A stretch of DNA of 64,000 nt. Source: Xanthobacteraceae bacterium (lineage in GTDB: Bacteria > Pseudomonadota > Alphaproteobacteria > Rhizobiales > Xanthobacteraceae). The translations under genes were made by a program, and so were the position numbers. Position 1 is the first letter of the stretch. Each line of letters starts with the position of its first letter. The stretch spans positions 9,218 through 73,217 of the forward strand of contig DATGCX010000027.1 in NCBI GenBank assembly GCA_035311445.1, in the 5' to 3' direction. Positions 9,120 to 18,460 of this stretch are shown here, one piece after another. The notes beneath the pieces were generated by a model. It saw nothing but the letters and a program-made list of their open reading frames with translations. It did not search any database and was not told the origin of the DNA.

Positions 9120-12100
9120 GTGGGCTATCTTGAGATATGTCTGCGGCGACCAGTCGGCATCAGCCTGTTGATGCTGGCACTGCTGCTGAGCGGCGCACTC
9201 GCGTTCCGGTTCCTTCCCGTGGCGTCCCTGCCGCGGGTTGACTACCCAACTATTATGGTGACCGCGGAGCTTCCCGGCGCCGAGCCGCAAACAATGGCCA
9301 CCGCTGTCGCCGCGCCGCTGGAGCGACGGATCGGACAGATCGCCGGCATCACCGAACTCACCAGCACGAGCCTTCTCGGCATCACTACCGTCGTTGCTCA
9401 GTTCGAGCTGAACCGCCCCATCAATGCAGCCGCTCGCGACGTACAAGCGGCGATCAACGCGGCGGCGCCCGACCTTCCGACCGGCATGTCGCGCCCGCCA
9501 ACGTGGCGCAAGAATAACCCCTCGGCAGCGCCGGTTCTGATCCTGGCGCTGACGTCCACTGCGCTGCCATCGGGCCAGGTCTACGAGGCGGCGGAGACAA
9601 TTCTGGCGCAACAGCTCTCGCAGCTGGACGGCGTCGGGCAAGTCACGGTCAACGGCTCCGAGAAGCCAGCGGTGCGCGTACAAGTCAATCCCGCTGCGCT
9701 TGCCTCGATGGGACTCGGTCTTGAGAACGTACGGGCCGCTCTGAACGCCGTCAACGCGACAGGCCCCAAGGGCCGTATAGAGGCGCCGGACGGCTCTTAT
9801 GTCATCCGCGTCAATGATCAGATGCGCAAGGCGGATGAATACAAATCGGTGATCGTCGGCACCCGCCACGGCACGCCTGTCCGGCTCGATGCGGTCGCCT
9901 CGGTGGTCGATAGCGTGGAGAACGTCCGCACCTCCGGGTGGTTCAACAATCAGCCGGCGGTGCTGGTTTTTGTTTTCAAGGAGGTCAATGCCAACGTAAT
10001 CGAGACGGTGGACCGCATCCACGCACTCCTTCCTGTACTGCAAGCTTGGCTTCCCCCGGCCGTTGATGTGTCGGTGATGACCGACCGTTCGGAAACGATC
10101 CGCGCCAGCGTGCACGAAATAGAACTCTGTCTCGTGATCAGCCTCGGACTTATCGTAACCACGGTATTCGTGTTCCTGCGGCGGCTCTGGGCCACGCTGG
10201 CGGCGGCAGTTACCATCCCGTTGTCGATTGCTGGCACTTTTGCAGCGATGTACTTGCTCGGCTACAGCGTCGACAATCTGTCGCTGATGGCGCTCACGGT
10301 AGCGACGGGCTTCATCGTCGATGACGCCATCGTGGTCATTGAAGCAATCAGCCGCCGGATGGGTGGCGGCGTGTCGCCATTCCAAGCAGCCCGCCACGCG
10401 GCGCACCAAATCGGTTTCACCGTGATCTCGATCAGCGTGTCCCTGATCGCCGCCTTGATACCGCTCTTGTTCATGGCGGGCATGATCGGGCGGCTATTTC
10501 GCGAGTTTGCCGCCACGCTGGCGCTCGCCATAGCTGTCTCCGCCGTGGTGTCCCTGACATTGATCCCGGTCATGGGCGCCCATCTCGGGCATGCACGCAG
10601 GGCAAGAGAGCCTCCACTGGAATTGATTTTCCGCAAACTGCTCGCCGGCTACGAAAAGGCTCTCGTCTTCGTCCTGCACCATCGCAGCGCCACTCTCGCG
10701 ATGATGGGGGCGACCGTCCTCGCCACCGTCGTTCTCTGGATTCAAGTGCCAAAGGGTTTTTTTCCCGAGCAGGACACCGGCGGGATTGTTGCCATCGCCG
10801 AAGCGCCGATGACCGTTTCGTTCCAAGCCATGAGTGAGCGGGTACAGGCTCTCATGAGAGTCCTCCTCAACGATCCGGCGGTGGCAAGGGTGGGGAGCTA
10901 CACGGGGCAGTCAGGGGGCACTCCAAACCAGGCCCGCATCTTTATCGCCTTAAGGCCGCTTGCCGAGCGTGGCCTCGACACAGACCGGATAATCACCCGG
11001 CTACGGCGGGCGACGCGCGAGGTGCAGGGCGTTGCGCTTTACATGGTACCTGTCCAGGACGTGCGAGTCGGCGGCCGGATTTCGAAATCACAATATCAGT
11101 ACACCATCACCGGACCGGATCTAGGTGAACTCGAGACCTGGGCCGGACGCCTCGTAGAGCACCTGAAAGACTTCCCTGATCTGCGCGACGTTACCACGGA
11201 TCTCGAAGTCGGCGCCTTACAGGCGATGCTCGTCATCGATCGCGACGCGGCCGCGCGGCTGCAGGTGGCGCCCCATGACATCGACCAGACTCTTTATGAT
11301 GCGTTTGGACAACGTCTTGTGTCGTCGATCTATGCTGCTCATTACACGTACCACGTCGTCCTTGAGGCGACTCCAGAGCTGCAGGAGGACCCTTCATCGT
11401 TGACGAAGGTCTACGTGGCCGGGCCGGGCGGCAAACAGGTCCCGCTGGCGAGCGTTGTCCGGGTCGAGCATGGAGTTCAAATGAGTGCCGTCGCCCATCA
11501 AGGACAAGCTCCGGCGGTGACGCTGACCTTCTCGATGCAACCGGGACTCCCGATCCAGCGCGGTACTGAAATCGTCGAGCAGGCAATGCGTGAACTCGGC
11601 GCGCCGAGCAGCGTCCACGGGAGCTTTCAAGGTAACGCACGAGCATTTACCGAGTCCCTCGCTACCCAGCCCATGCTGATCGCGGTAGCGCTTCTTGCCG
11701 TGTACATCATGCTCGGCGTGCTCTACGAGAGCACTATACATCCGGTGACGATCCTGTCGACCCTCCCGTCCGCCGGGATCGGCGCCATCCTGGCGCTCTG
11801 GGCGGCCGGGCGCCCACTCGATCTCATTGGGGTGGTCGGCATCATCCTGCTCATCGGCATCGTTAAGAAGAATGCAATCATGTTGGTTGATTACGCGCTC
11901 GTGGCCGAGCGCGAGCACGGCCGCTCGCCGGACCAGGCAATCTTCGAGGCGTGCATTCTGCGATTTCGCCCCATCCTGATGACGACCCTTACGGCGATTC
12001 TCGGGGCGGTACCGCTGGCACTTGGGACCGGCATCGGATCTGAACTTCGCCAGCCGCTCGGCGTGTCGATCATCGGGGGGCTGGTGGTGAGCCAGCTATT

Positions 12101-12230
12101 GACGCTGTTCACTACACCGGTTGTGTATTTGGCGCTCGAGCGGCTGGTTGCCTTCAAGCCTATCTCTGGACAACTGGCCTCGCGGACTCGCACAAATGCG
12201 AACGCAGCAGCAGCGGTCCAGGCCGAGTGA
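9120..12230 (+). CDS. mdtC: RND multidrug efflux permease, MdtC-like
   Basis: Same family (CLRRPVGISLLMLALLLSGALAFRFLPVASLPRVDYPTIMVTAELPGAEPQTMAT). I prefer the GTG at 9120, just after the mdtB stop at 9085, over the ORF-track ATG at 9015, which lies 70 nt inside mdtB. Confidence 0.88.
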   Translation: MGYLEICLRRPVGISLLMLALLLSGALAFRFLPVASLPRVDYPTIMVTAELPGAEPQTMATAVAAPLERRIGQIAGITELTSTSLLGITTVVAQFELNRPINAAARDVQAAINAAAPDLPTGMSRPPTWRKNNPSAAPVLILALTSTALPSGQVYEAAETILAQQLSQLDGVGQVTVNGSEKPAVRVQVNPAALASMGLGLENVRAALNAVNATGPKGRIEAPDGSYVIRVNDQMRKADEYKSVIVGTRHGTPVRLDAVASVVDSVENVRTSGWFNNQPAVLVFVFKEVNANVIETVDRIHALLPVLQAWLPPAVDVSVMTDRSETIRASVHEIELCLVISLGLIVTTVFVFLRRLWATLAAAVTIPLSIAGTFAAMYLLGYSVDNLSLMALTVATGFIVDDAIVVIEAISRRMGGGVSPFQAARHAAHQIGFTVISISVSLIAALIPLLFMAGMIGRLFREFAATLALAIAVSAVVSLTLIPVMGAHLGHARRAREPPLELIFRKLLAGYEKALVFVLHHRSATLAMMGATVLATVVLWIQVPKGFFPEQDTGGIVAIAEAPMTVSFQAMSERVQALMRVLLNDPAVARVGSYTGQSGGTPNQARIFIALRPLAERGLDTDRIITRLRRATREVQGVALYMVPVQDVRVGGRISKSQYQYTITGPDLGELETWAGRLVEHLKDFPDLRDVTTDLEVGALQAMLVIDRDAAARLQVAPHDIDQTLYDAFGQRLVSSIYAAHYTYHVVLEATPELQEDPSSLTKVYVAGPGGKQVPLASVVRVEHGVQMSAVAHQGQAPAVTLTFSMQPGLPIQRGTEIVEQAMRELGAPSSVHGSFQGNARAFTESLATQPMLIAVALLAVYIMLGVLYESTIHPVTILSTLPSAGIGAILALWAAGRPLDLIGVVGIILLIGIVKKNAIMLVDYALVAEREHGRSPDQAIFEACILRFRPILMTTLTAILGAVPLALGTGIGSELRQPLGVSIIGGLVVSQLLTLFTTPVVYLALERLVAFKPISGQLASRTRTNANAAAAVQAE

Positions 12231-12311
12231 AGGTCAGTTAGAACGCTCGTAATCGCGCGGTCCGGCTGCCCGTTCAGTGCCGGCGCTGGATCGGCCAAGG
12301 AGTAGCGCGAG

Positions 12312-13745
12312 ATGACCGAGACGCAGCATGAGACTCACTCAAAGACCGCTGTGTTGAAGGTGTCATACCTCCTCGCGGTGACTGTGGTCACGTTCGCGGT
12401 TCCAGCTCTTTCGCTGACGCAGCTGGCGCGATGGTTTGTCATTCCCGCCCTTGTGGGAATCCAGGTCGTTATACTGTTGGCTTGCCGAGTCGGTCTGCGA
12501 GACATCACATCGTTGGCGTTGCGGCTTAAGTGGCTGTTCGTTTTCCTGATGGGCATGTACGCCCTGTTGCCCTCCGAGAATCCGTCTGCAAACGACGTGG
12601 TGGTAGACTGGCATCTTCCCTGGCTTGGCTGGTCGCTGGCGATCAACCTGAGCGGGCTTGAGAAAGCAGCGCTCATGTGTCTGCAGATCGTGACTGTGCT
12701 GCTGGCCTCGGCTGTCGTGCGCCTGACCGGGACAGGTCGCGATTTCGTCGATGGCCTGCATGCATTCCGGTTGCCGCCACTGTTCGTACACGCGCTCGAC
12801 CGAACCCTCGCACTCCTTGAAAGGACTCAGCAGCGGGAGCGCGGAGCCGGCCGCGCACGCAACCGCCCCAGATCGGGATTCTTTGCCTTGGTGCGGCAGG
12901 CTCTGCGAGGCGACCTCGGCGCTTTTGCCGATTTCGTCCGGACGAACATCTCGCTTGCAGAAAACCAGACCGGTTCCGATGCCGACGCCCGGGTCGGAGG
13001 CCAATTTGCCCACGATGTCGCGGTCGTCACCGGGATTGCTCTCTGCATGGCATCATTCAAGATGCTCAAGATACTGCCGGGGCTGCCGTTCGCGTCCGGA
13101 CACAAGACGGTCCTGCTCTTCCCCCTCTATGTCCTTGCTGCGCGGCTGACCCAGTCCCGCTGGGGCGCGACGGCGGCGGGCTCGATTATGGGCGTCATCG
13201 GCTTCCTGCAGGGCGACGGCCGGTTCGGAATACTGGAAACCTTTAAGCATGTTGCGCCCGGGGTCGTCATCGACCTCGGCGAGCCGCTGGTGCGTCGATG
13301 GCCGCCGTGGGCGCTCGGCTACTGCGTGCTCGGGCTGTTCGCGGCCATCGCTCGCACTGCGACGGAATTCATCGTCGTGCTGCTGCTTGGGGCGCGGGCC
13401 GAGATCTATCTCTTTCCTGCCGTCAAGCTGGTGCCGAATGTTATCGCCGGGGTGTTGAGCGGTTTCGTAACGGTATTCGTGCTGCGTCTCATCGCGCAGC
13501 CAATACCTTCCAATCTCGCTTCGGAATCTGAAGCCGGGTCGAGTTCCACCGCTCTTGGCGCAGATGCTGTGCAACCGAACGAGCAGCACCTGGACCAACA
13601 GCTGGCCAGTGGGCCGCATCAGCGCGTTGAGGGTGACGCGGCACCGCTGTCTATGGATGGATCCTCGCTCAGCGGTGGACAAGGGCGCGGCCTCGGCGGT
13701 GGACAGGCCCCAAGGCGCGGCGGTACGGGGCAGTCGAGAACCTGA
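12312..13745 (+). CDS. polytopic membrane protein, N-terminal CbiQ/EcfT-like domain fused to a second transmembrane domain
   Basis: AAGGAG Shine-Dalgarno at 12297-12302. Residues ~100-170 (GLEKAALMCLQIVTVLLASAVVRLTGTGRDFVDGLHAFRLPPLFVHALDRTLALLE) resemble the EcfT/CbiQ core. An Arg-rich linker, 4-5 more helices and a Gly/Arg-rich tail follow. Confidence 0.65.
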   Translation: MTETQHETHSKTAVLKVSYLLAVTVVTFAVPALSLTQLARWFVIPALVGIQVVILLACRVGLRDITSLALRLKWLFVFLMGMYALLPSENPSANDVVVDWHLPWLGWSLAINLSGLEKAALMCLQIVTVLLASAVVRLTGTGRDFVDGLHAFRLPPLFVHALDRTLALLERTQQRERGAGRARNRPRSGFFALVRQALRGDLGAFADFVRTNISLAENQTGSDADARVGGQFAHDVAVVTGIALCMASFKMLKILPGLPFASGHKTVLLFPLYVLAARLTQSRWGATAAGSIMGVIGFLQGDGRFGILETFKHVAPGVVIDLGEPLVRRWPPWALGYCVLGLFAAIARTATEFIVVLLLGARAEIYLFPAVKLVPNVIAGVLSGFVTVFVLRLIAQPIPSNLASESEAGSSSTALGADAVQPNEQHLDQQLASGPHQRVEGDAAPLSMDGSSLSGGQGRGLGGGQAPRRGGTGQSRT

Positions 13746-13765
13746 GCGATGGCTCTCAAGTCTCG

Positions 13766-14014
13766 TTACCGCGAGCCGCGATTCGCCAAGGCGGCCCTGC
13801 ATCTTTCCGATAAGTCGTTCGGGTTCTGGTTCCGCAGACAGCGGCCCGCTCGCTCTTCGCCGCGACAGAACTTCTCGATCTCAGCCTGACATGCTCCCCG
13901 AACCGGCCCGTCGCCCCGGCCTGCCTCGCCCGGACCTCTGCTGCGTTGATCCTGAGAGGCCGCACTTTGGATGCAGCAGACCAGGATCACCGCGCTCAAA
14001 ATGGCTCGTGCCAT
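13766..14014 (-). CDS. small secreted cysteine-rich-repeat protein
   Basis: MARAILSAVILVCCIQSAASQ signal, then CQAEIEKFCRGEERAGRCLRNQNPNDLSERCRAAL, which fits the C..(D/E)I.KFC...CL....LS..C cysteine-rich repeat pattern. The ORF track extends to a GTG at 14044. Confidence 0.5.
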   Translation of the reverse strand: MARAILSAVILVCCIQSAASQDQRSRGPGEAGRGDGPVRGACQAEIEKFCRGEERAGRCLRNQNPNDLSERCRAALANRGSR

Positions 14015-14492
14015 GGCCGTTCTCGTGATTAGGACAGCGTCCACACATTTGGCACATGGTCGGGCGACTGTCGAGTACCGTTCTCGGGACCTCCGTCGGG
14101 GCAGCGATGTTGCGAAGGTGGTTGCAACGCGGGTGCCGAGTGTTGTTGCTCATGACAGTCGCCACTTGATAGTGGTGATGAGCTAGTCTTGGTTGCCGCC
14201 ATACCCGTCAAGAAAACTGTCCGCAAAATGGGTGGATTACGACGAGTTCACTGGCCTGAGCTCGAGATTCTCTCGATAGCACGCCACAACCGTGGAAGGC
14301 CCCGGACATCGAAAAACGGACAGTCTTATCCGCCCACGCCTCAGATCTGGTGTCTACTTTTTTCAACAGTATCGGCCCGAAGCTACTGTCACCTAACCCT
14401 GGGCAACTAAAGTTTGTTCAGATGGGGTGCGACGACCTCTTGGGAATTCTTAAGTGGCGCGGTTGGGGCACCTCATTTGAAATGGTGCCCGG

Positions 14493-14651
14493 TCAGCAGC
14501 AAAGAATCCACTGCTGAAGCAAGCGCAAATCATCACATTCCATGAGTTGAAAGCAGCGACTGAAATTCGGTTCCACCCAGCTGTCGACGTACTTCAGCCC
14601 CTCAGGAAGCATCCTGCCCTCGTCACGAACTCGCTTATAGATCGGTAACAT
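14493..14651 (-). pseudogene. DUF3303-family gene fragment
   Basis: My translation gives MLPIYKRVRDEGRMLPEGLKYVDSWVEPNFSRCFQLMECDDLRLLQQWILCC*. The GRMLPEGLKYVDSWVE..F.RCFQLMECDD core is how I remember DUF3303. The N-terminal ~13 aa and the C-terminal third are missing. Confidence 0.45.
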
Positions 14652-14888
14652 GTCATTGTCTTGAACCGCTCAATGATTATGAAGAGCATTTGATACACCT
14701 GGATGGCCAAACGGGTTTTGGATCGAGCTGCGACACCACGCCGACGCAACGCGCACTCCGTTCACGATCACAGAGCGAAAGACGACTGCGCCCAGGGTTT
14801 CGCCGCGCTCAGCCTGGGCCACAGCTGCAGCGGCCGGGACAAACGCCCGGCCACTAATTCCTCGAAATGATTCTGAAACGAAACGCCA

Positions 14889-15098
14889 CTACAACGTTTT
14901 CAGATATTCGACGAGATCAGCCTTCTGCTTGTCGCGGAGGCCAAGCTGGAACAGTGTATTGTAATGATTGACCACGGCGAGCAGATCGGGGGCGCTGCCA
15001 TCGTGGAAGTACGGCGGATGCTGCCAGAGTGCGCGTAACGGTGTCGTCCGGTACATCTTGGTCGCGCTGCGCGACGCATAGACCGGCTCCGTTCCCAC
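14889..15098 (-). pseudogene. C-terminal fragment of a di-haem cytochrome c peroxidase-family gene
   Basis: The 69-aa ORF has ...TTPLRALWQHPPYFHDGSAPDLLAVVNHYN, matching the PYFHDGS..L..VV..Y tail of the CCP/MauG family. Upstream frames are broken by stops. A relic CVAC(E*) at ~15195 may be a decayed CxxCH motif. Confidence 0.5.
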
Positions 15099-15687
15099 CT
15101 AGAAAGGCGAGTGCACGAACGGCACATTATATCACAGGTTACTCGCGCAATCCTGTCAACCCGGCTGACGGCGATCAAAGTTCGGACCCGGCTGTCATTC
15201 GCACGCAACACACGCCATCGCACGGGAAGGTGTCCGCCACGACCGGGGCGAGTTGTCCATCGGGCGCTTCTCGCAACAGGCGGCGGGCAAGTTTGATATT
15301 TTCACCGATGAAAAATCGCCCCCTGGCAGGGGCAAGGCAGGGCGGCAGCACAATTCCGGATGTACGCAAAGTGCCCGCTGCCTTGTCTTCACATTTCCGA
15401 TTTGCGTAAACTCCGCAAACTTTACGATGAGAAACAACCCGGACCGACAACGATCTGTCAACCGCCGACAAGCGGCTATGGCCATTTCGTCGCCTCCGAA
15501 AGGTCAAGCTGGCGCATTCGAGGACGAGAAGGTCCCTTCTTGGAAATAGGTCGCTTTGAATCTTCCTTTTTCACACTCTCGCGCAAAGCTGCTTTGAGGT
15601 CCGTGGCCATTACGGCCGCGAGGGGCTAAGTAAGAACTATCGGCCCAAAAAGTGCTAAAGTTCATTGAAGCGGCCTTAGCCGCCGGA

Positions 15688-15712
15688 GGCCGGGAGCAAA
15701 TCCCGGCCTTTT
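15688..15712 (+). terminator. orphan intrinsic-terminator-like hairpin
   Basis: ggccggga gcaaa tcccggcc followed by tttt. There is no intact plus-strand gene upstream. Confidence 0.45.
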
Positions 15713-15914
15713 CCATGGGCTGCTGCAGCCTTTTGCGTGTGGAGGACACTTCCGCTAATGCCCCGGGGGCTGCCGACCTTGGCGGCGACGCACGTCGGCA
15801 GCTATCTGGGGTACACCGGTCGTGCCGCTAACGCGGTCAGGAAGGCAGCCCTTGACCCCCCAGCCGACATAGGAGGACGCATCCGACGCGCGGGCCCTCG
15901 ATTCGGCGTTGGCG

Positions 15915-16705
15915 TCACGACGCAGGCGAACTTCGCCACGCAAACGCCCTACCTTCAAGACGGGCAAAGACGCCGTGTTCCAAAACAAGCATCATCACGA
16001 CAAATATGATGATCCAGGCCAGCATCTGGGTCATGTTGAATTGAACCAAAAAAAGAACATGGAACCGATGCCGTACTTGAGTCCGAAGGTCTCCGCCAAC
16101 GCTACGATCTTCCAGGTCATGCCGAACGCATAGCGGAATGCCGAGAAAATATAGGGCATCAACTGCGGCAGGTAGACCTTGCGAATGAGCAGTGATTTGC
16201 GCGCCTTGAACGTCACTCCCATCTCGATGAGGGACTTGTCCATTGCCTTGGTGCCTTCGAATATATTTACCGCAACATAGGGTGTGACCAGTGCCATGAC
16301 GGCGACCAGCCCGCCTGCCTCGCTGAAGCCGAACCACATCACGGCGAGGAAGACCATCAGGATGGTAGGCATCGTCAGCATCAACGGGATCATAATCAGC
16401 AGCGCGCTCTCCAAAACCGCGCTGAGCCCCATTGCGAGGCCAATCGCTATGCCGGCCAGCATGGATGCGGCGAAGGCGACTATGATTCGGGCCAACGTGA
16501 GTCCGATGTGAAGGAAGGCCGAATTCCCGTCGGGGCCTGCATGCGCGAGATCTGCCCCGATGGCGAGCCCGATGGTCACGGGTCCGGGCAGGACCTCGGC
16601 ATCGTCCATCAATCGGGAACCTGCCCACCAGAGCAGGAGCAGAAGACCGATCGAGCCTGCTCGCAGGCTGACGCTCTTGACCCCGCTGATGCTGCCGGAC
16701 GCCAT
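15915..16705 (-). pseudogene. NitT/TauT-family ABC permease, frameshifted in an A7/T7 run
   Basis: ORF 16031..16705 ends ...GIGSMFFFWFNST*. The conserved C-terminus (QFNMTQMLAWIIIFVVMMLVLEHGVFARLEGRAFAWR, compare the paralogue at 17668..18426) continues in the frame of ORF 15915..16628. A T8 instead of T7 at 16048-16054 would restore the frame. Confidence 0.75.
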
Positions 16706-17524
16706 CTAATCTTTCGCCTCCAGCACGCCGAAGAACTCACGTACCAGAGTCTTTTCCAAATCGAGGATCTTTGAATCTTCGGGCTTACGCGGCCGTGAAA
16801 TATCAACCGGCACCTCATTGAATATCCGGGCCGGCTTGGCATTCATCATGTAAATGCGATCCGAAAGGAAAACCGCCTCCGCTAGATCATGCGTCACGAA
16901 GAGAATCGTCGGCCGGGCCTTGGTCAAGATATCGATGAGGTCGAGGCGCATCTTCCTTGCGGTGATGGCGTCCAGATGACTGAAAGGTTCGTCCATCAGC
17001 AGGATGTCGGGTTCGATGGCGAGGACACGGGCGATGGCCACCCGTTGCTGCATTCCGCCCGACAGGTTCAGCGGATAGTTGCGCTCCTGTCCGCTAAGAC
17101 CGACCATGTCGAGGTGCTTTGCGACCAGCTCCTGCCATCGCGATCTCGGAATGTTCTGTGCCTCAAGAACGAATTGAATGTTGTCCTGAACGGTCAGCCA
17201 GTTGAGCAACCTGGGGCTCTGGAAGACATACCCGATGCGCGACCCCGAATCGCTCTTGCCAGCGCGCGGCGCAACCGTGACCGACCCGCTTTCATATGAC
17301 TCAATGCCGGCGATGATGTTCAGCAGGGTCGATTTCCCGCAGCCGGACGGGCCAACGATGCTGACGAATTCGCCCTCATCCACGCTCAGGCTTATGGAAT
17401 CTAGAACCGTAAACGAGCTTTCGGCGCCCGGCGCCGGAAATCTCTTTGTCAGATTGTTGACCGCAATGGTGCTCAAGGACACCGCCCCCGGCCTTGCAAC
17501 CTGTTCCATTATGACCTGTGCCAT
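16706..17524 (-). CDS. NitT/TauT-family ABC transporter ATP-binding protein
   Basis: Internal ATG (MAQVIMEQV...) of ORF 16706..18091. Walker A GPSGCGKST, signature LSGGMQQRVAIARVL, Walker B ILLMDEPFSHLD. Confidence 0.9.
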   Translation of the reverse strand: MAQVIMEQVARPGAVSLSTIAVNNLTKRFPAPGAESSFTVLDSISLSVDEGEFVSIVGPSGCGKSTLLNIIAGIESYESGSVTVAPRAGKSDSGSRIGYVFQSPRLLNWLTVQDNIQFVLEAQNIPRSRWQELVAKHLDMVGLSGQERNYPLNLSGGMQQRVAIARVLAIEPDILLMDEPFSHLDAITARKMRLDLIDILTKARPTILFVTHDLAEAVFLSDRIYMMNAKPARIFNEVPVDISRPRKPEDSKILDLEKTLVREFFGVLEAKD

Positions 17525-17667
17525 CACGGTGCGCTGAGCCTCATGCTGGTGGCGCCTGGCGCGCGCTTGATGACGCGGTCCGGCATCGCCGGCCTGGCGA
17601 ATCGGCCATCGCAGGGCGAAGGCCGTTGTGTGCGTGCGTGAAAAGAATCGAGTGCTGCCCGTCCGGT

Positions 17668-18426
17668 TCAGGTTGCAAATTGCGGCCTCCAGGCAAATAC
17701 GCGACGCGCCCATAAGCGAAAGACCAGGTCGATCAAAACCATCACGATCATGAAGCTCACACTCCAGGCGAGCATCATGTCGACGCGCGTATCCTGGAAC
17801 CAGTTGATCAGTTCCTGGCCGACGCCGCTGCCCGCCCCGAAGGCCTCGGCGACCAGGGCGATCTTCCATGACAGGGACAGGGCGATCCGGAGCGAAGAAA
17901 ATATGTAGGGCATGAGTTGAGGAATGAGCACCTTGCGGAGCATGAGGGGTCGATTGGCCTTGTACGCTCTTCCCATCTCGATCAGGTCCTTTTCCAAGGC
18001 CTTCGTGCCCTCCCAGATGTTCATCACGACAAACGGAAAAACGATGAGGACGATGGTGAGAATGGGAGCCGCTTCCGATATTCCGAACCACAAAACAGAA
18101 AGGAAGGCCCAGCAGACCGATGGAACCGTCAGCAGGACCATGATCCAGCTGTCGAAAAAAACTTCGATTGCGCGGTTAAGCCCCATCAGAATGCCGAATG
18201 CGGTCCCGGCGAGCATCGAAATGAGGAAGCCTTCGAAGATCCGGGTCAACGACTGACCAACCACGCGAAAGGAGGCCGGGTCGCTGTAGATCTCGATGAT
18301 GCGATCAATGAGTTCTAACGGTCCCGGAAAGATAACAGGCAGGTAAAACAGCGAGATTGTCTTCCAAACGAAGAGGCCGAGCACAATGATCATCAGGCTT
18401 GGCCACCGGCTTGCGGTTCGCTTCAC
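17668..18426 (-). CDS. NitT/TauT-family ABC transporter permease
   Basis: 252-aa polytopic protein with a permease EAA-type loop (EMGRAYKANRPLMLRKVLIPQLMPYIF). Confidence 0.9.
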   Translation of the reverse strand: MKRTASRWPSLMIIVLGLFVWKTISLFYLPVIFPGPLELIDRIIEIYSDPASFRVVGQSLTRIFEGFLISMLAGTAFGILMGLNRAIEVFFDSWIMVLLTVPSVCWAFLSVLWFGISEAAPILTIVLIVFPFVVMNIWEGTKALEKDLIEMGRAYKANRPLMLRKVLIPQLMPYIFSSLRIALSLSWKIALVAEAFGAGSGVGQELINWFQDTRVDMMLAWSVSFMIVMVLIDLVFRLWARRVFAWRPQFAT

Positions 18427-18460
18427 GCTCGTTTCTCCTCCGCCCAGTTGTCCGAGGCGT

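Noticed and set aside
9087-10409. 440-aa minus-strand ORF opposite mdtC
   Set aside because: It is an antisense shadow ORF of a well-supported RND gene, with low-complexity Arg/Asp/His-rich sequence.
15175-15507. 110-aa and 96-aa minus ORFs upstream of the cytochrome c peroxidase fragment as an intact gene
   Set aside because: All three frames are interrupted by stops between 15099 and 15200. Only a CVAC relic is recognisable, so this is better described as decayed sequence.
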